From: an uncultured Alphaproteobacteria bacterium
GTDB lineage: Bacteria > Pseudomonadota > Alphaproteobacteria > HIMB59 > GCA-002718135
DNA: 64,000 nt
Assembly: GCA_902573325.1 (NCBI GenBank)
Contig: CACGJH010000003.1
Location: 41,592-105,591 of the forward strand
Reading direction: 5' to 3'
In this document: piece by piece, positions 33,333-43,198 of the stretch
Numbering within the stretch: position 1 is the first letter of the stretch
How the letters are laid out: each line of letters opens with the position of its first letter
Notes under the pieces: generated by a model
Seen by the model: only the letters and a program-made list of their open reading frames with translations
What the model was told of the DNA's origin: nothing
Database searches by the model: none
Position numbers and translations under genes: made by a program

Positions 33333-34226
33333 ATGAAAATTAAACTTGGTATCGCGCCTATTGCATGGAGCAATGATGATATGCCAGAACTAGGAGGTGA
33401 CACTCCGATTGAAAAATGTTTAGAAGATGCAAGCACATCTGGATTTTCAGGTATTGAATTAGGTGGAAAATTTCCAAGAAATCCTGGAATAACAAAATAT
33501 CTTTTAGAAAAATTTAATTTAAAAATGCCAGGTGGTTGGTATGGCGCAATGGTTAGAGAAAGAAGTGTGAAAGAAGAATGGATAGCACTACAAGATCATT
33601 TAAATTTATTAAAGTTAATTAATGCTGATGTTTTTGTTTTTGCTGATGTATCTGGATCAATCCAAGGCGATCAATCAATAGCTCTTAGTAAAAGACCAAT
33701 ACTTGAAAAAGATGAATGGGATAGCTATTGCAAAAAAATCAGTGAATTATCTGATATGCTGATGGATGAAGGAATGCCAATGTCGTATCATGAGCATATG
33801 GGAACAATTATACAGTCTGAGGAAGATGTAGATCGATTTATGAATATGACAAATCAAAATACATTTTTGCTTTACGATACTGGACACTTAATGTTTGCCG
33901 AAGCAAATTATGAAAGAGTATTAAAAAATTATATTTCTCGAATTAACCATGTTCATTGTAAAGATATTAGAAAAGATGTTTTTTTAAAATCTATTAAAGA
34001 TGACTTAAGTTTTAGAAAGTCTTTTTTAGATGGTGTTTTCACTGTTCCTGGAGATGGATGTATCGATTATGAACCATTAATTAAAATATTATTTGAAGAA
34101 AAGTATCAAAAATGGCTTATAATTGAAGCTGAACAGGATCCTAAAAAAGCTAACCCACTTGAATATGCTAAAATTGGATATAATTACCTTTTATCTACAT
34201 TAAAAAAAAATGGTTATACGCTTTAA
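33333..34226 (+). CDS. iolE: myo-Inosose-2 dehydratase
   Basis: GIAPIAWSNDDMPELGG, YHEHMGT, DTGH, HVHCKD, FTVPGDG, EAEQDP. Confidence 0.92.
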   Translation: MKIKLGIAPIAWSNDDMPELGGDTPIEKCLEDASTSGFSGIELGGKFPRNPGITKYLLEKFNLKMPGGWYGAMVRERSVKEEWIALQDHLNLLKLINADVFVFADVSGSIQGDQSIALSKRPILEKDEWDSYCKKISELSDMLMDEGMPMSYHEHMGTIIQSEEDVDRFMNMTNQNTFLLYDTGHLMFAEANYERVLKNYISRINHVHCKDIRKDVFLKSIKDDLSFRKSFLDGVFTVPGDGCIDYEPLIKILFEEKYQKWLIIEAEQDPKKANPLEYAKIGYNYLLSTLKKNGYTL

Positions 34227-34659
34227 AATTATACTCATAATACTATCGTTGATTACGCCTACTATTTTGATGGGTCATAAAGTAACTTTAGAAGATAAAT
34301 CTCTTGAAGAGATCGTTAATAATAGAATGGCTTTAATGCAAAAAGTTAAAAGCACGTCATCTCAAATATTTCGATTGTTAAAAACAAATGATTATGAAGC
34401 AATTCTTGAATTAAACGAAACTCTGCTACACGTAGCATCGGATTTTAAAGATCACTATCCTGAAGGAAGTCAGCACAAAGGAGCTAGTGAAGAAATATGG
34501 AATGATAGAGAAACTTTTAATGAATTTAACGATAAGTTTGTTAGTGATATTGAAATGATTTCACTTAGCGCTGAATTAGAAGATAGTGAAATGTTAAATG
34601 ATGCTTTTAAAGTAATGTCAGCAAATTGTGGGGCATGTCACAAAAAATTTAGAAATTAA
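34210..34659 (+). CDS. Cytochrome c' / c556 (class II four-helix cytochrome c)
   Basis: N-terminal signal-like stretch, R.ALM, YPEGS, A.EEIW, C-terminal CGACH..FR. Confidence 0.85.
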   Translation: MVIRFKIILIILSLITPTILMGHKVTLEDKSLEEIVNNRMALMQKVKSTSSQIFRLLKTNDYEAILELNETLLHVASDFKDHYPEGSQHKGASEEIWNDRETFNEFNDKFVSDIEMISLSAELEDSEMLNDAFKVMSANCGACHKKFRN

Positions 34660-35366
34660 TTACTTAATCTTAAGTGTGGATTATATTTCCATTCTAAATA
34701 TTTAACGAATTGTACCATTAAAAAATTTAAAAATAGATAAAGTATACCTGCAGCAATAAATGCTTCTACTGGTGCAAATGTTTTTGCCATTATCTTTCTA
34801 GCGATACCTGTCATTTCCATGTAGGTTGTAAGACTAACTAAAGAGGTGGCTTTAACCATTAGTATTAATTCATTACCATAAGATGGTAAAACTTTTCGTA
34901 TAGCTATAGGTAGTATAATTTTTCTTAAAAGTAAAAATTTTCCAAATCCTAGTGATAAGCCAGATTCAACCTGACTTTTCTCAATTGATTGAATGCCACC
35001 GCGAAAAATTTCTGCTCCATATGCAACAGTATTAATTGTAAGCGCTATTACCCCACACCAAAAAGGTTCTTTTAATGCATACCACAAAAAACTTTCTCGA
35101 ATAAATTTTACAGAACCTAAACCGAAATAAATTAAATATATTTGAACAAGTAAAGGGGTTCCTCTAATGATAAAAATATAACTAGCAATTGTTCTTGATA
35201 ATAATGTAATTTTAGAAACTCTTCCTAGAGCAAATAATAATGCTAATACAAAACCAAGTGGTAGTGAAATTAATAATAATAAAATTGTATTATCTAAGCC
35301 AGATAGAACCAAAAAGAAATTTTTATAAATAAGAGAATTTTGAATACTATTTAAAAATTCAATCAT
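34656..35366 (-). CDS. Polar amino acid ABC transporter permease (HisM-like)
   Basis: RGTPLLVQ, AYGAEIFRGG, EAA-type loop, MVKATSL. Confidence 0.9.
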   Translation of the reverse strand: MIEFLNSIQNSLIYKNFFLVLSGLDNTILLLLISLPLGFVLALLFALGRVSKITLLSRTIASYIFIIRGTPLLVQIYLIYFGLGSVKFIRESFLWYALKEPFWCGVIALTINTVAYGAEIFRGGIQSIEKSQVESGLSLGFGKFLLLRKIILPIAIRKVLPSYGNELILMVKATSLVSLTTYMEMTGIARKIMAKTFAPVEAFIAAGILYLFLNFLMVQFVKYLEWKYNPHLRLSN

Positions 35367-36070
35367 GTAGAAAATCCTTTTGAATAATTTACTTCTAGCG
35401 TTTTAAAAACCCTACCAGAGATTGTTGTTAAACATAAATACAATATTGCGGCTGTTATTAAGAAAGTTAAAGGTGAATGCTCAACGTTAGAAGATATTCT
35501 AGATTGACGCATAATTTCAACAAGACCAGTTACAGAAATGAGGGAAGTATCTTTAAGAGTTATTTGCCATACATTCCCAATTCCTGGTAAAGCATGTCTT
35601 ATAACTTGAGGGGAAATAACTTTAAAAAAAATACTAAATTTATTCATACCTAGTGCTCTTGCAGCTTCTATTTGACCCTTAGATATAGCCAAATAAGAAG
35701 CTCTTAAAACTTCACTAGAATATGTAGCTGATATTACTGCAATGGCAATTGTCGCAATTGTAAGTGCATTTAGTTCTATATATTTATTATATCCAAATAC
35801 TTTAGCAATACTCATAACAACAGCATTACCGCCAAAGAAAATTAGATAAATAACTAATAATTCAGGAACACCTCTTATTACTGTTGTATAAAAATTTGCA
35901 ATAAATCTTGTTATTCTGTTTTGTATTATCTTTGCCCAAACTGTAATAATTGCTAAAAAAAGACCCAGCCCCATTGATAAAATGCTTACTAGTAGAGTCA
36001 TGAGTGTTGCTATAAGAAATTCATCGCCCCACCCTGCATCTCCAAATACAAGTTTGTCAAATTTGAACAT
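35363..36070 (-). CDS. Polar amino acid ABC transporter permease (HisQ-like)
   Basis: YTTVIRGVPELL, GQIEAARALG, ALPGIGNVW, LKDTSL. Confidence 0.9.
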   Translation of the reverse strand: MFKFDKLVFGDAGWGDEFLIATLMTLLVSILSMGLGLFLAIITVWAKIIQNRITRFIANFYTTVIRGVPELLVIYLIFFGGNAVVMSIAKVFGYNKYIELNALTIATIAIAVISATYSSEVLRASYLAISKGQIEAARALGMNKFSIFFKVISPQVIRHALPGIGNVWQITLKDTSLISVTGLVEIMRQSRISSNVEHSPLTFLITAAILYLCLTTISGRVFKTLEVNYSKGFST

Positions 36071-36129
36071 ATAAAAGTAAACAAGTAATGATGAAAAATA
36101 TACTTGTCTACCTTCTAATATATGAAATT

Positions 36130-37104
36130 TTAAATCAGAACTTTTTCTATTTCTTCAATAACTCTAGAGACAGGTATTTTATTGATATTTTTTGAGTTAA
36201 AATCACTTGAAGATATCGAAAATAGATTTGGATTTTCAGGAGTAAATTTTGTAGAATCTTTTGGACCAAAGAGTTTAATTAATGGACAATATCCAGTTGA
36301 TAACATATGACTAACACCACTATCGTTCGATATGGCTAATTGTAAATATTTGGTGGTAGCCATAATAATTTCTATATTTTGAAATCCAGTAATATGATCC
36401 TCGATAAATATTGAGTGAGGATAAAGATTTTTTAATTTTTCTTTTAAATATACTTCATCAGGTCCAATAAAAAAAACTATAGTCTTATTATTTACTTGAA
36501 GATAGTTACATAACTCGATGTATTTCTCTAAAGGCCAAATCTTATTCTTTTCTCCAGCACCAGGTGCAATTCCTACATAGCTTTTATGTTTTAATAAAAT
36601 ATTACTTATTATTCCCTCTAGATTTTCACTTATTGGAATTTTAAAATCATCTCTATTTTTTTTAATAACTATTAAATCTAATAAATCTAAAATGTAGTTT
36701 AAATAATACTTTCTTTTCTTATCACTTTTAATTTTTTTGGAAGAAAAAAAACCATTAGCTGATCCAGAAATAAAATTTTTATGCTTGATACGTTTTAATG
36801 CTATAGTTCTTATTACTGATTTTTGTGTATCTAAAATATAATCAAAAAATTCATTATCTAATTTATATCTTTTTGATATTTTATTCCAAAAAAATGGATT
36901 AAGATCTGATTGGTCAAGAATCTCATCAATATAATTACTTGCAATGAATTTAAGAGTGCTTGAATAAACAGTCTTACCCTTATTAGTAAGCCAATATAGT
37001 TTATAGTTTGGAAGTCTTGTTTTAATTTCGTGAAGAAGTTGTAATTTAATTATTCCATCTCCAATTTTTTCACCATTTGAAAAAACTAAAATTTTTTTAG
37101 TCAT
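36130..37104 (-). CDS. Glycosyltransferase family 9 (heptosyltransferase-like)
   Basis: IGDG, APGAG..K.WP, SNDSGVSHM, LFGP; probable start ATG 37104. Confidence 0.85.
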   Translation of the reverse strand: MTKKILVFSNGEKIGDGIIKLQLLHEIKTRLPNYKLYWLTNKGKTVYSSTLKFIASNYIDEILDQSDLNPFFWNKISKRYKLDNEFFDYILDTQKSVIRTIALKRIKHKNFISGSANGFFSSKKIKSDKKRKYYLNYILDLLDLIVIKKNRDDFKIPISENLEGIISNILLKHKSYVGIAPGAGEKNKIWPLEKYIELCNYLQVNNKTIVFFIGPDEVYLKEKLKNLYPHSIFIEDHITGFQNIEIIMATTKYLQLAISNDSGVSHMLSTGYCPLIKLFGPKDSTKFTPENPNLFSISSSDFNSKNINKIPVSRVIEEIEKVLI

Positions 37105-37326
37105 ATTAGAACACTTTAACACAAATTTTTTAAGAGTCTAATTTTGAAAAATTGTAGGATTAAATATCGTAAATAAAACAAAACATTTCGAGGATGGTAA
37201 AAGGTGACATTTACGACCTAATTAACTAACCAAAAATTAACAAAACTTAGACTTTTCTCTAATAAAAGCTGAGTAGTTTATCTTTGCGAAAGCAGAAAAG
37301 TTACCTTCAAAAAAAAGTAAAAAAAG

Positions 37327-37402
<76 letters not shown>

Positions 37403-37454
37403 ACAAGACATCAGATAAAGTATTTATAATTAAATTCAATTAAAAATAGGATAA

Positions 37455-37634
37455 TTAATCAGATTTTATTTGCAGCCCATGTTCATCAGTTAGCCATTTC
37501 ATCAAATCAAGACTAGCACATTTTTTTGAACAAAAAGGTATAAATGGTTCCTTAGAAACCTTTTTACATGTTGGGCATTTAGATTTTTTTTTTAAAGAAA
37601 TGATATTATTTTTTTTAGATTTTTTTATTTCCAT
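37455..37634 (-). CDS. yacG: DNA gyrase inhibitor YacG (59 aa, absent from ORF track)
   Basis: Manual translation [59 protein letters not shown]: CPxC...PFCSxxC...DL..W motif; infA-yacG-tRNA-Phe synteny. Confidence 0.88.
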   Translation of the reverse strand: MEIKKSKKNNIISLKKKSKCPTCKKVSKEPFIPFCSKKCASLDLMKWLTDEHGLQIKSD

Positions 37635-37843
37635 CTAAAAGTAATTCTGCCTTTTGTTAAATCATAAGGTGTCATTTCTACTGTCACTTTATCACCAGCT
37701 AATACTCTTATTCTATTTTTTCTCATTTTTCCTGATGAGTGAGCTAGAATTTCATGATCATTTTCTAATTTTACTTTAAACATTGCATTTGGAAGAAGTT
37801 CTAATACAACTCCTTGAAATTCAATCGATCCTTCTTTTGGCAT
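37625..37843 (-). CDS. infA: Translation initiation factor IF-1
   Basis: [35 protein letters not shown]. Confidence 0.98.
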   Translation of the reverse strand: MPKEGSIEFQGVVLELLPNAMFKVKLENDHEILAHSSGKMRKNRIRVLAGDKVTVEMTPYDLTKGRITFRWK

Positions 37844-37867
37844 ATTTTTATAAGCTTATAGTAAAAA

Positions 37868-39148
37868 TTATTTCTTTTGTCTAATTTTAACTGACATTTT
37901 ATGTCCATCTAGACCTTCAAGTCCTGACATTTTTTCAGTATCTTCCGAAAGAGCATTAAAAGATTTTTTATTCATATCAACAACAGAGGTTCTTTTCATA
38001 AAATCTAAAACACCTAACCCTGATGAAAATTTTGCCGCTCCTGATGTCGGCAACACATGGTTAGTTCCTACAATATAATCACCAAAAGCTTCGACAGAGT
38101 ATTCACCTAAAAATATACCGCCAGCATTATTTATATTCGATAATAATTTTTTATTATTAGAAATGTGAATATGTAAATGTTCTGGTGCAACAAAATTTAT
38201 GATTTCTGAAGCAAGTTCTATATTATCGACCAAAGCAATAATTCCATTATTTTTTAAACTTTTTTCAATTATTTTCTTTTTTGATAAATCTTTTTTAATT
38301 TTTTTAATTGAACTTAAGACTTTAGTTGCAAAATCTTTACTATCCGTAATTAAAATTGATTGTGCATTTTCATCATGTTCTGCTTGAGCTATTAGATCTG
38401 AAGCTACCCAATCTGGATTATTATTGTTATTTGCAACAACTATTATTTCAGATGGTCCTGCTAGTAAATCTATACCTACTTTTCCATACAATTGTTTTTT
38501 TGCCTCTGCTACATAAGCATTACCAGGTCCAAATATTTTATTAACTGGCTTAATAGTCTGAGTGCCAAACGTTAGTGCACTAATAGCTTGAGCTCCTCCT
38601 ACAAAATATGTTTCTTTAATACCTAATTCCTTTATTAATTTTATAAAATATGGATTAATTGATTTAGTTGGTGGTGTAATACAAACAATTCTTTTTACTC
38701 CAGCTATGATTGCAGGTACTGCATTCATAATTAAAGATGAGGGATAAAAAGCCCTTCCTCCAGGTACGTACAAGCCAACTGAGTCAATAGGTTTCCATAG
38801 AGATTTCAATGTTGCACCATTATTAGTATAGATGATATTTTTAGGTAATTGTTTTTTGTGAAATGATGAAATATTTTTTATAGCTTTTTTAAAACTATTA
38901 AATATTTGTGACTCAACTTTACTTTGTATTTTTATTTTAGATAAATCTAAACTAAGATCTTGTTTGCTAATTTTAACTTTATCAAATTTTGCTGCATACT
39001 TAATTAGAGATTTATCACCATTTTTTTTAACATCATAAATAATTTTTTTTACATCTTCATGAATTGATATACTTGATAATGAATTTCTTTTTTCAATCTT
39101 TGTCTTAAATTGATTATAAAAATTTTTATTAAATTTTATTATTTTCAT
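37868..39148 (-). CDS. hisD: Histidinol dehydrogenase
   Basis: GLYVPGG, GPGNAYVAEAK, AGPSE, AQAEHD, APEHL, GTNHVLPT. Confidence 0.96.
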   Translation of the reverse strand: MKIIKFNKNFYNQFKTKIEKRNSLSSISIHEDVKKIIYDVKKNGDKSLIKYAAKFDKVKISKQDLSLDLSKIKIQSKVESQIFNSFKKAIKNISSFHKKQLPKNIIYTNNGATLKSLWKPIDSVGLYVPGGRAFYPSSLIMNAVPAIIAGVKRIVCITPPTKSINPYFIKLIKELGIKETYFVGGAQAISALTFGTQTIKPVNKIFGPGNAYVAEAKKQLYGKVGIDLLAGPSEIIVVANNNNNPDWVASDLIAQAEHDENAQSILITDSKDFATKVLSSIKKIKKDLSKKKIIEKSLKNNGIIALVDNIELASEIINFVAPEHLHIHISNNKKLLSNINNAGGIFLGEYSVEAFGDYIVGTNHVLPTSGAAKFSSGLGVLDFMKRTSVVDMNKKSFNALSEDTEKMSGLEGLDGHKMSVKIRQKK

Positions 39149-39792
39149 TTAACAAAAGTACCTATTTCAGAAATAATTTTTGAAACCTCATTCATATTTG
39201 TCTTATAAGCTGATCTATTGACAATTAATTTAGATTGAATTTTCATTATTTCTTCAATTTCAGTCAAACCATTTTCTTTTAATGTTTTTCCTGTAGAAAC
39301 TAAATCTACAATTCTCCTACACATATTTAAAGAAGGGGCTAATTCCATTGATCCACTTAGTTTTATAATTTCAACTTGTATTCCCTTATTATAAAAAAAT
39401 TTTTTAGCAATATTTGGGTATTTAGTAGCAATTCTAATATTACTCCAGGTTTCTGGATCCTCTTTTTTTAATAAAGATTTCAGAGCAGCTACAGAAATTC
39501 GACAATGACCAATATTTAAATCAAGAGGAGCATATATTTCTGAGTAATCAAATTCATTAATTACATCTTCACCAGCTATTCCTATTTGTGCAGCTCCAAA
39601 TGCAACAAATGTACATGCATCAAAGGCTCTTACTTTAATATACTCAATGTTTCTTTTTTTAGATTTGAAGGTTAACTTTCTTGTATCTTTATCAAATAGT
39701 AGAGGATCAGGTGCAAAACTTGTTTTAAGTAACAAGTTTTTACATTCTTTTGTTATTCTGCCTCTTGGTACTGCAATAACTATTTTGCTCAT
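39145..39792 (-). CDS. hisG: ATP phosphoribosyltransferase (short form)
   Basis: AVPRGR, RIATKYP, GSMELAP, IVDLVSTG.TL. Confidence 0.95.
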   Translation of the reverse strand: MSKIVIAVPRGRITKECKNLLLKTSFAPDPLLFDKDTRKLTFKSKKRNIEYIKVRAFDACTFVAFGAAQIGIAGEDVINEFDYSEIYAPLDLNIGHCRISVAALKSLLKKEDPETWSNIRIATKYPNIAKKFFYNKGIQVEIIKLSGSMELAPSLNMCRRIVDLVSTGKTLKENGLTEIEEIMKIQSKLIVNRSAYKTNMNEVSKIISEIGTFVK

Positions 39793-39838
39793 AAATTGCA
39801 GGCTTTTATATTGTGATCAAAGAAAAAACTAGAAAAAG

Positions 39839-41095
39839 TTAGTTTTTCTGTCTTTTTATTTTTGCCCCTAAGCTACCTAATGTTTTTTCAATATTTTCAT
39901 AGCCTCTATCAAGATGATAGACACGATTTAGTGTTGTTTGACCATTCGCATTCATAGCAGCTAATACTAAACTTATACTAGCTCGTAAATCACTAGCCAT
40001 TACCTGCGCTCCTTTAAATGTTTGATTGCCTATTATTGTAGCGGTATCTTTTTCTACTGTAATATTCGCACCTAACCGATTCAGTTCAGGAACATGCATG
40101 AATCTATTTTCAAAAATTGTTTCTTTAATTTTTGACTTCCCATCAGAGATACACATAAGAGACATTAACTGAGCTTGTAAATCAGTGGGAAAACCTGGAT
40201 ATGGACTAGTTGAAAGACTAGTAGATTTTAGTTTTGATCCTTTAGAGACTTTTATCGAATTTTTACTTACTTTTAATTTTGCTCCCATTTTTTTTAAAAT
40301 ATCAATTAACGATTTTAAATAAATAGTATTAAAGTTGTTTATTTCTAAAGCTGAATTTAACATCAAAGCTGCAATTATATATGTGCCAGCTACAATTCTA
40401 TCAGCAATTATCTCATGCTCTGCTTTTTTTAAATTTGTTACACCTTGTACAAGAATAGTTTTTGTTCCATGACCTTCTATTTTTGCACCCATTTTTATAA
40501 GGCATTTTGACAAATCTTCTATTTCTGGTTCTCTTGCAGCATTAGAAATTTTAGTTTCACCTTTTGCCAATACTGAGGCCATTAGTATATTTTCAGTTGC
40601 TCCTACACTTGGAAATGGTAATTTAATTTTATTTCCAATTAATTGTGATTTAACACTGCCAACGACAAAACCATTTTGAATTTCAAAATTAGCTCCCAAT
40701 TTTGATAAACCAGCAAGATGTATATCTATTGGCCTAGTTCCAATGGCACATCCTCCTGGTAAAGATATTCTAGCCTCACCAAATCGAGAAAGTAATGGAC
40801 CTAGAATCAATATAGAGGCTCTCATTTTTCGCACAACATCATAATCTGCTGATAGATTCTTAATTTTTGATGGATTTATTTTTAATTTATTTTTTTTGTG
40901 TTCAATTTTTACACCATAATTTTTCAGTAGTTTTATTAAATTTAGAACATCAACCACATTAGGTACATTTGAGAGTTTTAAAGTTTCTTTAGATAAAAGA
41001 GAAGATACAATAATCGGTAGTGCAGAATTTTTTGAACCGTGAACATTAACTGAGCCAGAAATTTTAGAACCTCCTTTTATTATTAATTTATCCAT
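39839..41095 (-). CDS. murA: UDP-N-acetylglucosamine 1-carboxyvinyltransferase
   Basis: GSKNS, MRAS, LPGGCAIGTRP, PGFPTD, DLRA, HLDRGY. Confidence 0.98.
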   Translation of the reverse strand: MDKLIIKGGSKISGSVNVHGSKNSALPIIVSSLLSKETLKLSNVPNVVDVLNLIKLLKNYGVKIEHKKNKLKINPSKIKNLSADYDVVRKMRASILILGPLLSRFGEARISLPGGCAIGTRPIDIHLAGLSKLGANFEIQNGFVVGSVKSQLIGNKIKLPFPSVGATENILMASVLAKGETKISNAAREPEIEDLSKCLIKMGAKIEGHGTKTILVQGVTNLKKAEHEIIADRIVAGTYIIAALMLNSALEINNFNTIYLKSLIDILKKMGAKLKVSKNSIKVSKGSKLKSTSLSTSPYPGFPTDLQAQLMSLMCISDGKSKIKETIFENRFMHVPELNRLGANITVEKDTATIIGNQTFKGAQVMASDLRASISLVLAAMNANGQTTLNRVYHLDRGYENIEKTLGSLGAKIKRQKN

Positions 41096-41237
41096 TTTTG
41101 CTAATAGCTTGTTTTCTTTTTAAAATATTTGATTTCAGTTTTTTTTCTAACCTTTTTAATCTCGTTAAGCGTATTTCTTTTTTAGAATCATCTTTTGCTT
41201 GATGTATATCTTTTTTTTTATTTAATTTATCTGTCAT
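41088..41237 (-). CDS. Small basic hypothetical protein (49 aa) upstream of murA
   Basis: Manual translation MTDKLNKKKDIHQAKDDSKKEIRLTRLKRLEKKLKSNILKRKQAISKNG; stop overlaps murA start; resembles the RL...LR.NL.RRK peptide found before murA in alphaproteobacteria. Confidence 0.65.
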   Translation of the reverse strand: MTDKLNKKKDIHQAKDDSKKEIRLTRLKRLEKKLKSNILKRKQAISKNG

Positions 41238-41246
41238 AAATAAGAT

Positions 41247-41411
<165 letters not shown>

Positions 41412-41415
41412 GATT

Positions 41416-42564
41416 TTACTCAAATAGGTAAAAATATCCGTAGGCAACAACTAATGCAGGAATTGCACTATAAAGGGTTGCTAAAATCGCAGCTTTTGGG
41501 GCAAGAGCAATTGCTGGGAATAAAGCATCACCATCATTTGAAATAGCATTACCAAGCTCTGCAGAAAGAGGAATATAGCCATTTAGATAAAACGTTGCTA
41601 CAACAACCTGCGGTCCACAACCAGGTAAAAAACCAAATAGAATTGCTACCAATGGAACAAACGGCAGCCATAAATCAAAAAATATTTTTAAATCTAAACT
41701 TGTAAAGTACATAAATATTTCAAAGACAAGAAAACCACTTATGACCCAGGTGGTTACAAAATTAGTTGTATCTACTACTCTTGATAATAATCCTCTACTT
41801 TTGTCAGTTGAGCATTGAAAATCACTTAATGGATTTAATGACCACATAAATATTGAAAGTATTGCTCCAGCAGAAGCTACAAAAACCAAAATTGAGTTGT
41901 AAGCTGGTGAAAATTCTATCTGAAATGCAACTAGAATACCTAAAATAAAACCAGGGATAAATAAAAAAAGCCAAAAGAAATTAAAATTCGATACAAAAGT
42001 TTTATTTATTTTTTCAAATTCAACTTTTATTTTTGTCTCTGATTGCAAAAAATTTATGCCATGAATAAAATCAATTATATAACCTGAAATTGATCCAACA
42101 ATTATTCCAATACCAAATATTAAAAGTCCTGTTGTAGGCTCAATAGCAAGTATTAAAAAAGCTGCATCGCCCATTGTTGCTGTTAACACAGCAACTAAGG
42201 ATCCAAAAGAAATACGCCCCTGAATATATTGCGTCACAACTATTATAGCTCCACCACATCCAGGTATTGCACCTAAAAAAGCAGCTATACCGACATGGAA
42301 CTTTTGTGTCTTAGATAAAAAATTCTTTACATCAAACTGTGTTAAACTGTCCAATCCAATAAAAACAAAAAGAGTAAATCCTACAAAAACAGATACTTGG
42401 ATATAAGCATCTATCATTGATGATCGTATAACTTCTCCAAACTCTCCTCCTTGAAAAACAAGAGAAAGCAATAATAGACCAAAAAAAGATTTCTTTAATA
42501 ACCTTCCATCATTCTCAAGAATGATCTTTGTTTTTTCATTAATAGCGTTAATTAGTGCATTCAT
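41416..42564 (-). CDS. Putative manganese transporter (DUF2899-like multi-TM protein)
   Basis: Duplicated motifs [16 protein letters not shown] and [16 protein letters not shown]; divergent from mntR with an MntR box between. Confidence 0.78.
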   Translation of the reverse strand: MNALINAINEKTKIILENDGRLLKKSFFGLLLLSLVFQGGEFGEVIRSSMIDAYIQVSVFVGFTLFVFIGLDSLTQFDVKNFLSKTQKFHVGIAAFLGAIPGCGGAIIVVTQYIQGRISFGSLVAVLTATMGDAAFLILAIEPTTGLLIFGIGIIVGSISGYIIDFIHGINFLQSETKIKVEFEKINKTFVSNFNFFWLFLFIPGFILGILVAFQIEFSPAYNSILVFVASAGAILSIFMWSLNPLSDFQCSTDKSRGLLSRVVDTTNFVTTWVISGFLVFEIFMYFTSLDLKIFFDLWLPFVPLVAILFGFLPGCGPQVVVATFYLNGYIPLSAELGNAISNDGDALFPAIALAPKAAILATLYSAIPALVVAYGYFYLFE

Positions 42565-42584
42565 TAAATGTATATATAGCTAAT

Positions 42585-42606
42585 AAATATAGCTATGGCT
42601 ATATTT
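42585..42606. promoter_or_regulatory. MntR operator
   Basis: Perfect palindrome AAATATAGC-tatg-GCTATATTT resembling the E. coli MntR box AAACATAGC-N4-GCTATGTTT, in the 65-bp divergent spacer. Confidence 0.8.
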
Positions 42607-42629
42607 TCTGTTAATTTTTACTGATTATT

Positions 42630-43034
42630 ATGTTAAAAAAAAGGATGTCATTCAGCAAAGTCCGAAATGCTCATAAAACAGAAAATACTGAAGATTATTT
42701 AGAGCTAATTGCAGAACTTTTAAATTCCAAAGGTGAAGCTCGTATCGTTGATATTGCTGAAAGTTTGGGTATTGCACAAGCCACAGCCAATAAAACAATA
42801 CAAAGATTACAAACACAGGGTTTCATTAAAAGAGAACCTTATCGATCAATTTTTTTAACTTTTAAAGGTCAAAGAATAGCAAGTGAATCAAAAAAAAGGC
42901 ACAATATTGTATACAATTTTTTAATAAATCTTGGTTTAGACAAGAATACGGCCTCTGAAGATGCTGAAGGAATAGAGCACCATGTTAGTGAAAAGACACT
43001 TCGAAAAATGGATAGTTTTAACTCAAAGAAATAA
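42630..43034 (+). CDS. mntR: Manganese-binding transcriptional regulator MntR (DtxR family)
   Basis: EDYLELI, EARIVDIA, PYRSIFLT..G, RH, DAEGIEHHVS. Confidence 0.92.
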   Translation: MLKKRMSFSKVRNAHKTENTEDYLELIAELLNSKGEARIVDIAESLGIAQATANKTIQRLQTQGFIKREPYRSIFLTFKGQRIASESKKRHNIVYNFLINLGLDKNTASEDAEGIEHHVSEKTLRKMDSFNSKK

Positions 43035-43074
43035 ATTAAATTTGTTGCCAAATCAATTTTATCTAGTGTATAAA

Positions 43075-43107
43075 AAAAGAAGGGACACGGCGAATATCCC
43101 TTCTTTT
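43075..43107. terminator. Bidirectional terminator-like hairpin between convergent genes
   Basis: AAAAGAAGGGA-11 nt-TCCCTTCTTTT. Confidence 0.6.
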
Positions 43108-43198
43108 CATTCTTGGTTTATGGATAGAATATAAACCTAGCTAATAAATACCCGATTCTTGTTTTTGGCTCAAATTTTTTTATAAAAAACCTCAATTT

